The notes: generated from the letters alone by a model not told the origin. Shown: positions 32,102 to 42,431, numbered from the stretch's first letter. The stretch: DNA of 64,000 bases from Leptonemataceae bacterium (GCA_965227295.1 OZ245742.1:1472001-1536000), one strand, 5' to 3'. Translations and numbers: made by a program.

Positions 32102-33828
32102 AACTAGAAATCATCGCCGAACTGGCGGCCGGGCACATGGGGCACGTGGATCGCTGCGTGCAACTGATCGAAGCGGCACATGGGGCCGGGGCGGGCGCCG
32201 TCAAGTTCCAGTTCTACATCGCCGACGAACTCTGTCCGCCCGAACATCCGGACTACCGGATCTTCAAAGACCTGGAGTTCACAAATGCGCAATGGGATGA
32301 AGTTACCGGAGTCGCCCGCAAGCTCGACCTGGGCGTTTACGGCGACGTCTTCGGTGACAGCTCATTCGCGGCGGCCGCCCGTCTGGCTCTGGACGGTTTT
32401 AAGGTCCACGCGGCGGATACGGACAACCGGTTGTTGATCGAAAAGATCGCGCAGACCGGCAAAGCCGTGTTGATCAGCACCGGCGGCCGGCGACGCATCG
32501 AGATCTACGAGGCGATTAAGTTAATTCGAACGTATTCTAAGCAAGCGCGCATTGTGATTATGCCCGGGCATCAGTTGTTTCCGACACCGATCGAGGAGCA
32601 CAGCCTGGAGGAAATCAGCTGGTTTGCGGCGCAGTACGCGGACCTGGGCGTGGGCGTCGGCTGTTCCGATCACATCGACGGCGACCAGGAACTGGCGGTG
32701 ATCTATCCCGCCGCCGCCGCCGGAGCGGGGGCCGCGGTTATCGAAAAACACCTGACCATGAACCGCGCCGACAAATGGGAGGACTACGAGGCCGCCCTGG
32801 AGCCGGCCGCCTTCGAACGCATGGTGCAGTACCTGCGATCCCTCGAAAAAACACTGCCGTATCCGGTGTGGACCGAGGGGCGCGCTAACTATCGTAAAAA
32901 GATGGTTAAGAGCTACGCCGCCGCGCGGGACATCGCCGCCGGTGAAAACGTCGCGTTCGACGATCTGAAGTACCTTCAGTTTCGGGACGGGGCCGAGCCG
33001 GTACCCTCGCGCTACGTGAAGGAGAGCAAGGCCGCGCAGAAGATCGCCCGGGAAGCAATCCTGACCGGCACCGATCTCAAACAAAACATCGGCGTGCTTG
33101 TTTACGCTCGATCGACATCGACACGCCTGCCCGCCAAGGCGCTGCACAAGATCCAGGGGCGCGAAACCGTGGCGTTGCTCATGGAACGCATGCGCGCGTG
33201 CTCCGTGCCCGATCAGGTCGTCCTCTGTACCACGGATGAAAGCGCCGACGACGTGCTCGAAGAACTCGGCCGTCGCGAAGGCGTGCCGGTGTTTCGGGGC
33301 TCGAACGAAAACGTGGCGTTGCGTTTGCTCGGCGCGGCTCGCGAGTTCGGTTTCGATCACATCGTCCGTGTCACCGGCGACGATCTTCTGCGTGACGTCG
33401 ATTCCGTGGATGCGGCGTTGACCTCGCATCTGCACAAGAATGCGGACTATACGTGCATGGAAAACCTGCCGTACGGTTGCGATTCCGAAATCATCAGCGT
33501 GCGTGCATTAGAAGCCATCGTCGAACGCTGCGTCGTTCCGGAGAACACCGAGTATCTCTCGTGGTACCTGGACGATCCGACCGCTTTTGTACAGAACGTA
33601 TACGATGCCGGTAAAGATATGCAGCGCGACTATCGCTTGAGCCTGGATACCGGGGAAGATCTCGCGGTCTTCGAAGCGATCTTTGCGGCGCTCTACAGAC
33701 CGCCGGAAGTCCCGGCGCTACGGGATATTCTGGCGTGGCTGGATCAACATCCGGAGACGGCGCGGCTGAATCAACACATCCGGCCGAAGCTGGATCGCAG
33801 CAGCCTCGATCTTACAATCAGGATATAA
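32098..33828 (+). CDS. Fusion of a divergent NeuB-like domain and an SpsF/PseF-type cytidylyltransferase
   Basis: N-terminal IAE..AGH.G, VKFQ, SDH, IEKH; C-terminal AR..STRLP.K, FRGS..NV..R, VRVTGD, P.G...E, RL.LDT.ED. Confidence 0.8.
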   Translation: MKLEIIAELAAGHMGHVDRCVQLIEAAHGAGAGAVKFQFYIADELCPPEHPDYRIFKDLEFTNAQWDEVTGVARKLDLGVYGDVFGDSSFAAAARLALDGFKVHAADTDNRLLIEKIAQTGKAVLISTGGRRRIEIYEAIKLIRTYSKQARIVIMPGHQLFPTPIEEHSLEEISWFAAQYADLGVGVGCSDHIDGDQELAVIYPAAAAGAGAAVIEKHLTMNRADKWEDYEAALEPAAFERMVQYLRSLEKTLPYPVWTEGRANYRKKMVKSYAAARDIAAGENVAFDDLKYLQFRDGAEPVPSRYVKESKAAQKIAREAILTGTDLKQNIGVLVYARSTSTRLPAKALHKIQGRETVALLMERMRACSVPDQVVLCTTDESADDVLEELGRREGVPVFRGSNENVALRLLGAAREFGFDHIVRVTGDDLLRDVDSVDAALTSHLHKNADYTCMENLPYGCDSEIISVRALEAIVERCVVPENTEYLSWYLDDPTAFVQNVYDAGKDMQRDYRLSLDTGEDLAVFEAIFAALYRPPEVPALRDILAWLDQHPETARLNQHIRPKLDRSSLDLTIRI

Positions 33829-34559
33829 CACTGGCTAAAACGCAGACAACAGCATCGGACAATCCGGATTATTTTCTGAGACAGTTCGATCAACCGTACC
33901 GAAGCACCATTCGTTTCGCCGATTTTTTGGAACGGCAGTCGGGCTGGGAACGTTGTCGACGTGTCGTCGATGTGGGCTGCGGCAGCGGTGCGGCGTTGTA
34001 TTATCTGGCCGGGCGTTTTCCCGAAAAGGAATTCATCGGCGCGGAGGTGGACGAGCACCTCGTCGCACAGGGCAATGATCTGCTGCAAGCCCGCGGGAGT
34101 TCGGCGCGCATCGTTCAAAGTGATCTGTTTGCGTTGCCGGACGATGCGCCGGAAGATTTGCGTGATTGCGACGCCGTCCTCAGTTTGCAAACACTCTCGT
34201 GGATGCCCGGATTGTACGAACCCCTGGAGCGCATGCTGTCGCTGCGGCCGAAGTTCAGCGCGCATTCGTCACTCTTCTACGAGGGCCCGGTTTCCTGTGA
34301 GATTCGCGTAACCGAGCACATCGTCGGAGAAACTTTTTTCTATAACGTCTACTCCCTCGACGAACTGCGCAAGTTCCTGGAACAACGCGACGGCAGGTTG
34401 ACGTTCGAAGCGTTCGAAATCGACCTCGACCTTCCGAAGCCGGACGATAAACGCATGCGTACTTACACCGTTCGCACGGAAGCAGGCAAACGCCTTCAGC
34501 TTTCCGGTCCGCTCCTGATGCCGTGGTACTTCACGGCGATGGAATTCATGATCTCATGA
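33825..34559 (+). CDS. Class I SAM-dependent methyltransferase (start uncertain)
   Basis: VDVGCGSGA motif I, LQTLSW; no ATG near the 5' end, so the start may be ATA 33825, CTG 33831 or the overlapping GTG 33735. Confidence 0.72.
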   Translation: MTLAKTQTTASDNPDYFLRQFDQPYRSTIRFADFLERQSGWERCRRVVDVGCGSGAALYYLAGRFPEKEFIGAEVDEHLVAQGNDLLQARGSSARIVQSDLFALPDDAPEDLRDCDAVLSLQTLSWMPGLYEPLERMLSLRPKFSAHSSLFYEGPVSCEIRVTEHIVGETFFYNVYSLDELRKFLEQRDGRLTFEAFEIDLDLPKPDDKRMRTYTVRTEAGKRLQLSGPLLMPWYFTAMEFMIS

Positions 34560-35596
34560 AAATCTATTTCGTGCAAAACTTTCAGATGATTCGGGCCCTG
34601 TTGTCCGTCGTGGATCTGGAGTCGCCGGGCGTATTCGTAACGAACGGCGAGGGCAGTCTCACGGATTTTCTGAAACGCCTGGCCCCGGACTTTGAACACA
34701 TCGTAACTCCGGAAATAGCCGGTATGCTCAGGGCGCCGGACCTCCGCGGCATTCTGCCGGCGATGCTTCGCATCTACGTGTGGCGCCGGCGCCATCTGCG
34801 CAAGTTCCGCGGGATTCGAGCCGGGGACGCATACTACTTCAATGATTACGGTACCGTACACATCTACGCGGTCCTTGGATATCTGAAGCGGCGCGGCGTC
34901 CGCGTGCAATTCGTGGAGCAGGACATCGGGCTGCGGAGTCAAGCCCGGGAGTGGTCCCGTCTGGGCCCAATGACGCGGCTGTGTCTGCGTCTGCTGAGCG
35001 CCGCCGTAGGCGACGGCATTACGATCTACGACAGCAGCATTCGCAGGGGCAATCCCGGCCGCCGCCATTCAGGCCCTGTCGTCCGCGAACTCGCCGATTG
35101 GCCGGAACTGCGTCGGCGTTTCGATCTGAGTCGTTTTATGGAGCCGCCACCGGACGGAGCCGTACTGTTCGTGGACGATCCGCTTCAGTACGCGTATAAA
35201 GGAATCGACCTGGAGCAGAGCCGCGAAAATCTGGTCCGGTACTTCGAAGCGGAGCTTCAAGGCGGACGGCGAGTCTATGTTAAGCCGCGACCCCGAGAAG
35301 ATTACGCGGCGGAGCACTCGTTGAGCGGCACGCGCATTGAAGATCGTCTGGAAGTAGTCGAAGCTAACTTCCCGGCGGAATTGGTTATGGATTTGTTTGA
35401 TCGGGTCGTACTGTTTTACTCGACGGCATTCCTGGCGCCGACGCGTGCGGCGAAGATTTCGGTGTTCGAGCTGATCGTATTTACCGACGAAAGGAATGCG
35501 CGGCGTTACCGCGAAGTAATGATGCAACAACTCGGTGACACGGCGAGAAACGTCGCGTTTGTGAAGCCCGAGACATTGGCAAGGCTGCCGCGATGA
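34556..35596 (+). CDS. Putative sialyltransferase-like GT-B protein
   Basis: C-terminal VKPRPRE, PAEL, YSTA resemble the K.HP / P.E / S(S/T) motifs of bacterial sialyltransferases; ends the Pse-like module. Confidence 0.5.
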   Translation: MKIYFVQNFQMIRALLSVVDLESPGVFVTNGEGSLTDFLKRLAPDFEHIVTPEIAGMLRAPDLRGILPAMLRIYVWRRRHLRKFRGIRAGDAYYFNDYGTVHIYAVLGYLKRRGVRVQFVEQDIGLRSQAREWSRLGPMTRLCLRLLSAAVGDGITIYDSSIRRGNPGRRHSGPVVRELADWPELRRRFDLSRFMEPPPDGAVLFVDDPLQYAYKGIDLEQSRENLVRYFEAELQGGRRVYVKPRPREDYAAEHSLSGTRIEDRLEVVEANFPAELVMDLFDRVVLFYSTAFLAPTRAAKISVFELIVFTDERNARRYREVMMQQLGDTARNVAFVKPETLARLPR

Positions 35597-35618
35597 GCCT
35601 GTGCCGGGAAAACAAGGT

Positions 35619-36563
35619 ATGGCAGACAAACTCAAAATCCTCGTAACCGGCGGCGCCGGATACTTAGGCTCCGTAATGGTGCCGCACTTCCTGTCCCTGG
35701 GGCACCGCGTGACCGTGCTCGACAACTTTCTGTTCGAACACAACTCGCTGGCCGCATGCTGTCACCTGGACGCCTTCGATGTTCGCCACGGCGACGCCCG
35801 GAACGAGGCATTGCTGCGCGAACTCTCGAAAGACGCGGACGTCGTCATCCCCCTGGCGGCTCTGGTCGGCGCGCCCATGTGTAAGATGGACCCCGTGGGC
35901 GCGGAGACCATCAACCGCGAGGCGGTGCGCTCGCTGACGAAAATCCTGTCGAAGGAGCAACGCATCGTCATTCCGATTACAAACAGTGGTTACGGTGTCG
36001 GAGAGCAGGGCAAGTTCTGCACCGAAGAGTCCCCGTTGAATCCGATCTCGCTCTACGGTACCACGAAGGTCGAGGCGGAGAAGATCGCCCTGGATCGCGG
36101 GAACGCCATCTCGTTGCGCCTGGCCACGGTCTTCGGCATGTCGCCGCGCATGCGCATCGATCTGCTCGTCAACGACTTCACCCATCGCGCGGTGAAGGAT
36201 CGCTTCATCGTCATTTTCGAAGGCCACTTTAAGCGAAACTACATCCACGTGCGCGACGTGGCCCGGGCCTTTACGCACGCCATCGACAACTTCGACGCCA
36301 TGAAAAACGAGCCCTACAACGTCGGTCTCTCCGACGCTAACCTCTCGAAACTTGAGCTTTGTGCAGAGATCAAGAAGCAGGTCCCCGAGTTCACCATCGT
36401 GGAGGCCGAGGTCGGAGAAGATCCGGACAAGCGCGACTACATTGTCTCCAACGAGAAGATCGAAAAGACCGGCTATAAACCGGCGCACTCGTTGCAAATG
36501 GGCATTGCGGAACTGATCAAGGGCTATCGCATGATCAAAAACAGTGTGTACTCGAATGTCTGA
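35619..36563 (+). CDS. NAD-dependent epimerase/dehydratase
   Basis: TGGAGYLG, LAALVG.P.C, YG.TK, RLATVFG.SPRMR.DLLVNDF. Confidence 0.85.
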   Translation: MADKLKILVTGGAGYLGSVMVPHFLSLGHRVTVLDNFLFEHNSLAACCHLDAFDVRHGDARNEALLRELSKDADVVIPLAALVGAPMCKMDPVGAETINREAVRSLTKILSKEQRIVIPITNSGYGVGEQGKFCTEESPLNPISLYGTTKVEAEKIALDRGNAISLRLATVFGMSPRMRIDLLVNDFTHRAVKDRFIVIFEGHFKRNYIHVRDVARAFTHAIDNFDAMKNEPYNVGLSDANLSKLELCAEIKKQVPEFTIVEAEVGEDPDKRDYIVSNEKIEKTGYKPAHSLQMGIAELIKGYRMIKNSVYSNV

Positions 36564-37738
36564 TGCTTAGTCTCGTTTTTCCGACATACAATCGGCCGGA
36601 CTTCGCCCTGAGGCAGTTGGCTTACTACGACTCGCTACCTTTCGATCGTAACGTACTGAAGATTCTCATTGGAGATTCCAGTACCGGCCGCGACGAAGAG
36701 CTGATGCGGGAATTGGTGCGGGTCTATGGGGAGCGGGGTCTGCAAGTCAGCTACGTGCCGTGTCCGAAAAAAAACGTCGTTCAGGCGACGCAGGACCTCA
36801 TGGAGGCCGTGGATACGCCCTACGCCGCCTGGACCGGGGACGACGATTTCCTGGTGCCCGAGGCAATGTTCGAGGCGGTGGAGTATCTGGAGCAGCATCG
36901 GGACTACAGCTCCGCGTTGGGGCACTGCGTGAAGTTTTTTACGCAGGACAACGAAGCCTTTGCCCCGATTCACATGGTCAAGTATCGGCGCCAGCAACCG
37001 GAGATCGGTGAGGACGGAGCCGGAGACCGCATGCTGCACTTCTTCGAGCTCCATCCGAACTACGAGCCGCTGTTCTCCGTCCATCGAACCGACGTGCAGC
37101 GGGATTTGTACCGCTACGCCTACACTTCGAAGTACGTTAAGTTCGCTGCCACGTTCTTTCCGAACTTACTCTCCGTAGTTGCCGGTAAATCAAAGTTACT
37201 CGATGGCCTGGCCGTCATTCGCCAGAAGAACTATTCGAACATAATCTACGCGAGTAGTGCGGAGACCTGCGCCTGGATGCTGCGGGAAGACTGGAGCAGC
37301 GAAGCGGCCTTCTTCCGGGACGAGATCGTTCGGGCCGTTGCGGCCCGGGACGGCGACGAAGAAGCCGCGCGCGTAAAATTTCAACTGGGCTTCGCCAATC
37401 GTTTCTCCCGCATGCTCGCGAAAGAGTACACTGCGGCGAAACCGGACACACAGTTTCAGATGCATGCCCGCGGCGCCGCCGTGCCGGTCTTTGAAGAAGC
37501 GCCTCCGGCGAGAGCCGGTCTCCGGGAACGACTGGCACAGCGCTGGAGCTCCCTGCGCCGCCGACCCTCGTTGCAGTACCGCACGTTCGACTACCTCATG
37601 CAATCATCCGGAGCGGACCATCGCCGGTTCATGGAAGCGCACCGGATTGTCGGTAGCGATCTCAAATCGCTTCCGTTCGGTGAGGAAATTGCGAAGCGCG
37701 AGCGACGACCCATCGGCGGGCGTCGCATCGAAGAGTAG
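36563..37738 (+). CDS. GT2-like glycosyltransferase (TIGR00180-like)
   Basis: PTYNRP, IGDSS, TPY..W.GDDDF; paralog of 38226-39368. Confidence 0.72.
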   Translation: MLSLVFPTYNRPDFALRQLAYYDSLPFDRNVLKILIGDSSTGRDEELMRELVRVYGERGLQVSYVPCPKKNVVQATQDLMEAVDTPYAAWTGDDDFLVPEAMFEAVEYLEQHRDYSSALGHCVKFFTQDNEAFAPIHMVKYRRQQPEIGEDGAGDRMLHFFELHPNYEPLFSVHRTDVQRDLYRYAYTSKYVKFAATFFPNLLSVVAGKSKLLDGLAVIRQKNYSNIIYASSAETCAWMLREDWSSEAAFFRDEIVRAVAARDGDEEAARVKFQLGFANRFSRMLAKEYTAAKPDTQFQMHARGAAVPVFEEAPPARAGLRERLAQRWSSLRRRPSLQYRTFDYLMQSSGADHRRFMEAHRIVGSDLKSLPFGEEIAKRERRPIGGRRIEE

Positions 37739-37763
37739 TCCGAACCTGTTTCTCAGTCTCTTA

Positions 37764-38219
37764 ATGCAACACGTTCAGCCGGAAAGTTACGAAGGTGCGT
37801 ATACGAAAGCCGGAGTGGGTTTGATCATCCACGACGACGCCGGGCGCATCGTACTGGAACTGCGCAAGGACTGCGGCGAATGGGGGCTGCCGGGCGGCAA
37901 GATCGATCCGGGCGAGTCCGCGAGTGCGGCGGCCTTGCGTGAAACCCTGGAAGAGACCGGTTTGCTCGTAGAGCTTGAGTACATTCTGGGCGTTTATTCG
38001 GACCCGGCGGAACGCACGGTTTTGTACGAGGGCCGGGACCTGGCCCATCTCATCGACGTCATCTTCGTTGCCCGGGTGACCGGCGGAGAATTGCGTGATA
38101 GTGAAGAAAGCCTGTCCGTGAAATTCTTTGAGCCGGACCATCTACCCGACAACCTGGTCGTTCCCGCTCTCGCGCCGCTCGCCGATTATCGCAGCGGCGG
38201 GCGGGCGCTCATTCGCTAA
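37764..38219 (+). CDS. NUDIX hydrolase
   Basis: GGKIDPGESASAAALRETLEETG Nudix box. Confidence 0.88.
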   Translation: MQHVQPESYEGAYTKAGVGLIIHDDAGRIVLELRKDCGEWGLPGGKIDPGESASAAALRETLEETGLLVELEYILGVYSDPAERTVLYEGRDLAHLIDVIFVARVTGGELRDSEESLSVKFFEPDHLPDNLVVPALAPLADYRSGGRALIR

Positions 38220-38225
38220 CAAGAT

Positions 38226-39368
38226 ATGATTACACTTATTATGCCGACATACAACCGGGCGAATTTCGTGCGCCGGCACCTGGCGTACCTGGACAGCGTG
38301 GAATTCGATCGGGATAAGATTACGATCATCGTTGGAGACTCCAGCGAGGGCGAAGAGGAGGCCGCCACACGCAAGGCGGTGGAGGACTTTGCCGGTTCCC
38401 TGAACATTGAGCACCAGTCGCACCCCAAACGCAACGTTGCTAAGGCCTCCCTGGAAATGGCCCGGACCGTACGGACGCCGTACGCGGCCTGGGTCGGCGA
38501 CGATGACTTTCAGATCCCCCGTGGGCTCATCGCTTCCGCGGAGTATCTTGAGAAGAACGCGGACTATTCTTCGGCCAGCGGGGTTTGTGTTTCGTTGATT
38601 ACCGAAAACAGTGATCCTTTCGGCCAGGTCGTTGCCTGCAAGTATCGCTACCAGCCGGTCCGCGAAGAAGAACGTTTCGCCGAGCGCTATCTTCGCTGCA
38701 TGCAGGAAGGCATCGACACCCTGTTCTATGTGCATCGCCGAGACGAGATGGAACGTCTCTTTCAGTGCGCGTACGAGATCGACGACATTCGCTTTGCCGG
38801 CCTCATATTTCCGAGGGTGTTTTCCGTGGCGACGGGCAAAAGCAAGGTCTTCCCTGACCTGAGGCTGGTGCGTCACAAGAACGAGAATCGATACGCCTAC
38901 AGTTACACGGACGAACTGGACTGGTTCTGTGATCCGGACTTCGCGAAGGACCTTCGTCTGCTGGAGGAACGCGTCGTGAATACGATCATGGAAGTGGACG
39001 GTCTGTCGCGCGAAGAGGCGACGCTCTACTTTAAGAAAGGCTTCTCATACGATTTAATTCGCGAACTTCATCTGGAGTATTTTGGAAAGTCCTTCAACTC
39101 CGGCCAGGACTTCTACATGGTCCCGAACCTGATGGCCACAGCGAGCCGGCAATGGATGGAGTCGGAGAGCTATATACACAGCTGGAATAAATCCCTGACC
39201 TCACTGCGCCGGGCCTGGAAGAAGTTGAGCGGCAAACAGGAGACAAGTCGCGTGGAATTGTTTCATGCCCTGCTGGAACCGGGCCATCCGTATCACGCGG
39301 ACTTCATGCCGATCTATAACTCGATTATGTCCGGCGCCCAAAAAATGGAAGTCGAGGCCCCCCGGTGA
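38226..39368 (+). CDS. GT2-like glycosyltransferase (TIGR00180-like)
   Basis: PTYNR, VGDSS, TPYAAWVGDDDF, DYSSA.G. Confidence 0.72.
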   Translation: MITLIMPTYNRANFVRRHLAYLDSVEFDRDKITIIVGDSSEGEEEAATRKAVEDFAGSLNIEHQSHPKRNVAKASLEMARTVRTPYAAWVGDDDFQIPRGLIASAEYLEKNADYSSASGVCVSLITENSDPFGQVVACKYRYQPVREEERFAERYLRCMQEGIDTLFYVHRRDEMERLFQCAYEIDDIRFAGLIFPRVFSVATGKSKVFPDLRLVRHKNENRYAYSYTDELDWFCDPDFAKDLRLLEERVVNTIMEVDGLSREEATLYFKKGFSYDLIRELHLEYFGKSFNSGQDFYMVPNLMATASRQWMESESYIHSWNKSLTSLRRAWKKLSGKQETSRVELFHALLEPGHPYHADFMPIYNSIMSGAQKMEVEAPR

Positions 39369-40363
39369 TCATCTCACGAACTCCGCATCGAATCTCTTTT
39401 TTCGGCGGCGGCACTGATTACCCGGCCTACTATCGCGAACACGGCGGCCGTGTGCTCGGAACGACCATCGACAAGTACTCGTACATCAGCGTGCGCCGGC
39501 TGCCGCCTTTCTTCGATCACAAACATCGCATTGTATACTCGCGCCAGGAGAACGTTTCCGAACTCCATGAGATCCAACATCCCTCGGTGCGGGAGACCAT
39601 GCGTTACCTGGGCATCGACTACGGTCTGTCGATTCATCACGACGGGGACATTCCCGCGCGCAGCGGCATGGGATCCAGTTCCGCGTTTACCGTGGGATTG
39701 TTGAACGCCGTCTACGCTCTCGAAGGCAAGCGCGTGTCCCGGGAAAAGTTAAGCATGCAGGCCATTGAAATCGAGCAGGAGTGGATCAAGGAGAACGTGG
39801 GCTCGCAGGATCAAACCTTCGCGGCCCACGGCGGGCTCAACCGCATTGAATTTCTCCAGTCCGGAAAGATCATCGTATCGCCGATCATCATGCAGCAGGC
39901 GCGGGTGGATCGTTTCAGTGAGTGCTTTTTATTGTACTTCACCGGACTTTCGCGGACCGCTTCGGACATCGCCGCCGAACAAATTCAAAAAACTAAGTCC
40001 AATCGCAGCGACCTGGATACCATGAAAGGACTCGTGGACGAGGCCTGTGAAATTCTAACGTCGAACTCGCCGCTGAGTGACTTCGGCAAGCTCCTTCACG
40101 AAACCTGGCAGATCAAGCGGCGTCTGTCGTCGCGCATCTCCGACGAACAGATCGACGGCATGTACGAACAGGCGCGGAAGGCCGGTGCCCTGGGCGGAAA
40201 ATTGCTCGGTGCCGGCGGCGGCGGTTTTATGGTATTCTACGTCGAAGAAGAGTACCGGGCATCCGTGCGCCGTGCGCTTCAGGACTACCTGGAAGTGCCG
40301 TTCCGCTTCGACTGGGGCGGATCCAACATCGTCGTCTACGAGCCGAACTACGAAGCAAAGTAA
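39365..40363 (+). CDS. hddA: GHMP sugar kinase, D-glycero-D-manno-heptose-7-phosphate kinase-like
   Basis: SRTP.RISFFGGGTD, PARSGMGSSSAF, VG.QDQ, GGKLLGAGGGGF. Confidence 0.85.
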   Translation: MIISRTPHRISFFGGGTDYPAYYREHGGRVLGTTIDKYSYISVRRLPPFFDHKHRIVYSRQENVSELHEIQHPSVRETMRYLGIDYGLSIHHDGDIPARSGMGSSSAFTVGLLNAVYALEGKRVSREKLSMQAIEIEQEWIKENVGSQDQTFAAHGGLNRIEFLQSGKIIVSPIIMQQARVDRFSECFLLYFTGLSRTASDIAAEQIQKTKSNRSDLDTMKGLVDEACEILTSNSPLSDFGKLLHETWQIKRRLSSRISDEQIDGMYEQARKAGALGGKLLGAGGGGFMVFYVEEEYRASVRRALQDYLEVPFRFDWGGSNIVVYEPNYEAK

Positions 40364-40369
40364 TTGCAT

Positions 40370-41332
40370 ATGAACACACAAGCCACCACCAACGAATTCC
40401 GGCCCGAGCTCGCCGACGAGTACGAGCGCATGTTCTATGAAACGTTGCGCATTCGGATCGTGGAAGAGAAGATCGCCGACATCTACAGCAGCGATAAGAT
40501 CCAGAGCCCGGTGCATTTGAGCATCGGCCAGGAGCACATCTCCGTCGGCGTCTCAGCCGCCCTGCGACCGCACGACATGACCTTCGGAACGTATCGATCC
40601 CACGCTTTGTATCTTTCGCGCGGCGGGAGCATGAACGCGTTTATGGCCGAACTCTACGGCAAGCGCACCGGTTGCGGCGGCGGCAAGGCCGGCTCCATGC
40701 ACCTGAGCGCGCCCGAGGTCGGCTTCATGGGATCCTCGGCGGTCGTGGCGAGCACCATTCCCCACGGCGTCGGCGCGGCCCTCGCGGCGAAACTGCAGAA
40801 GAAGGATCAGGTGATTGTCGTGTTCTTCGGTGAAGGCGCGGCCGGCGAGGGCGTGTACCACGAGTCGCTGAACTTTGCGGCGTCGCACAAACTACCGGTG
40901 CTGTTCGTCTGCGAAAACAACGACATGTCCATCTTCACGATCTCCAGCGACATGCACAACTTCGAGATCGTCCCCCACGCGCAGTCCTACGGCATCGACG
41001 CCGCCCACGAGCCCGAGGGCATGGACCTGAACGTCATCCGTAAAACCGCGGGAGATCGCATCGACGCGATTCGCCGCGGCGAAGGGCCGAAGCTCATCGA
41101 GTATCGTACGTATCGTTATCGGCAGCACGTCGGCCCCGGCGACGATCACAAGGACGGCCACCGGCCCATGGCGGACCTGGAAGCCTGGATGGCGAAGGAC
41201 CCCGTCGTCCAGGATCGCGAACGCATTGAAAAGTATCGCCCGTTCATCGAACGCGAAATCGAAGCAGCCATGCAATACGCCGAAGAGAGTGCCTTCCCGG
41301 ACGCCGGGGACTTGCTGAAAGACGTCTATTGA
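40370..41332 (+). CDS. TPP-dependent dehydrogenase E1 alpha-like subunit
   Basis: HLSIGQE, YRSH, GK.GSMH, FGEGA..EG..HESLN, CENN, TYRY..HVGP. Confidence 0.87.
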   Translation: MNTQATTNEFRPELADEYERMFYETLRIRIVEEKIADIYSSDKIQSPVHLSIGQEHISVGVSAALRPHDMTFGTYRSHALYLSRGGSMNAFMAELYGKRTGCGGGKAGSMHLSAPEVGFMGSSAVVASTIPHGVGAALAAKLQKKDQVIVVFFGEGAAGEGVYHESLNFAASHKLPVLFVCENNDMSIFTISSDMHNFEIVPHAQSYGIDAAHEPEGMDLNVIRKTAGDRIDAIRRGEGPKLIEYRTYRYRQHVGPGDDHKDGHRPMADLEAWMAKDPVVQDRERIEKYRPFIEREIEAAMQYAEESAFPDAGDLLKDVY

Positions 41333-41366
41333 AACACGGAATACTAACATCACACGAGTAATACTT

Positions 41367-42431
41367 ATGAGCACCACTACCGGCACCGAAACCATGAGCT
41401 ACCGCGAGGCCCTGAGCCTGTCCATGCGGGAGGCCATGACGAATCATCCGCAGACTCTGCTCATGGGCCAGGGCGTGAACGACGCCACGCGCATCTTCGG
41501 TACCACCGACGGCCTGCACGAACTCTTCGCCGACCGGGTTCTGGACATGCCCATCGCCGAAGAGGGCATGACCGGTTTCGCCGTCGGCGCCGCTCTGAAC
41601 GGCATGTATCCGATCCAGACGCACATTCGTGTGGACTTCATGCTGCTCGCCATGAATCAGATCGTCAACATGGCCGCGAAGTACTCGTACATGTACGGCG
41701 GTACCATGAAGACGCCCATGTTGATTCGCGCCGTCGTCGGGCGCTCGTGGGGGCAGGGGCCGCAGCATTCGCAGTCGTTGCAGGCCATGGTGAGCCACAT
41801 CCCCGGTCTCAAGGTGATCATGCCGGCTTCGGCGGACAGCGTTCTGGAAAGCTACGCCCATGCCGTGGCCAACTACGGCGGCCCCGTGATTTCCATTGAA
41901 CACCGTCTGCTCTACGACATGACCTTTTATCGACGCGAGCCCAACGCCGATCCCTTCGGCGCACGCTACGTGGAACGCGGAGACGCCGCGACCATCGTGG
42001 CGACCAGCTACATGGTGGAAGAAGCCCAGAAGGCCCAGCTATGGATGAAAGAAAAAAGCGGCCTCACCTGCGATATCATCGACCTCCACGACGTAAGTGA
42101 TATTGATCACGACTTAGTCTTTGAGAGCGTGAGCCGCACCGGTCGCCTTATTATTGCCGACACGTCCTGGCTGCCCTACGGCGTCTGTGCCGAGGTCAGC
42201 CGCGGCCTGGTCGCGCGCGACCCGTCGATCCTCAAGGCCCCGGTGAAGCAGGTCGGCATGGCCGACGCCCCGTGTCCCACGTCCCACGCTCTGGAAGATC
42301 TGTTTTATCCCGGCATGAACACGATCGTCGGCGCGGTCTACGATCTGGTGCACGGCGCAGGTCACGGCGAAGAAGTGCCGACCGTGGAATTCGCTAAGTC
42401 ACAGAAAAAGCAATTTAAGGGGCCGTTCTAA
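41367..42431 (+). CDS. TPP-dependent dehydrogenase E1 beta-like subunit
   Basis: RV.DMPIAEE...G.A.GAAL.G, NQIVN.AAK, WGQGPQHSQS, HIPGLKV..P, EHR.LY. Confidence 0.87.
   Translation: MSTTTGTETMSYREALSLSMREAMTNHPQTLLMGQGVNDATRIFGTTDGLHELFADRVLDMPIAEEGMTGFAVGAALNGMYPIQTHIRVDFMLLAMNQIVNMAAKYSYMYGGTMKTPMLIRAVVGRSWGQGPQHSQSLQAMVSHIPGLKVIMPASADSVLESYAHAVANYGGPVISIEHRLLYDMTFYRREPNADPFGARYVERGDAATIVATSYMVEEAQKAQLWMKEKSGLTCDIIDLHDVSDIDHDLVFESVSRTGRLIIADTSWLPYGVCAEVSRGLVARDPSILKAPVKQVGMADAPCPTSHALEDLFYPGMNTIVGAVYDLVHGAGHGEEVPTVEFAKSQKKQFKGPF

Noticed and set aside
40370-42431. Housekeeping pyruvate dehydrogenase pdhA/pdhB
   Set aside because: No E2/E3 nearby and the pair is embedded among NDP-sugar genes, so no gene symbols were assigned.
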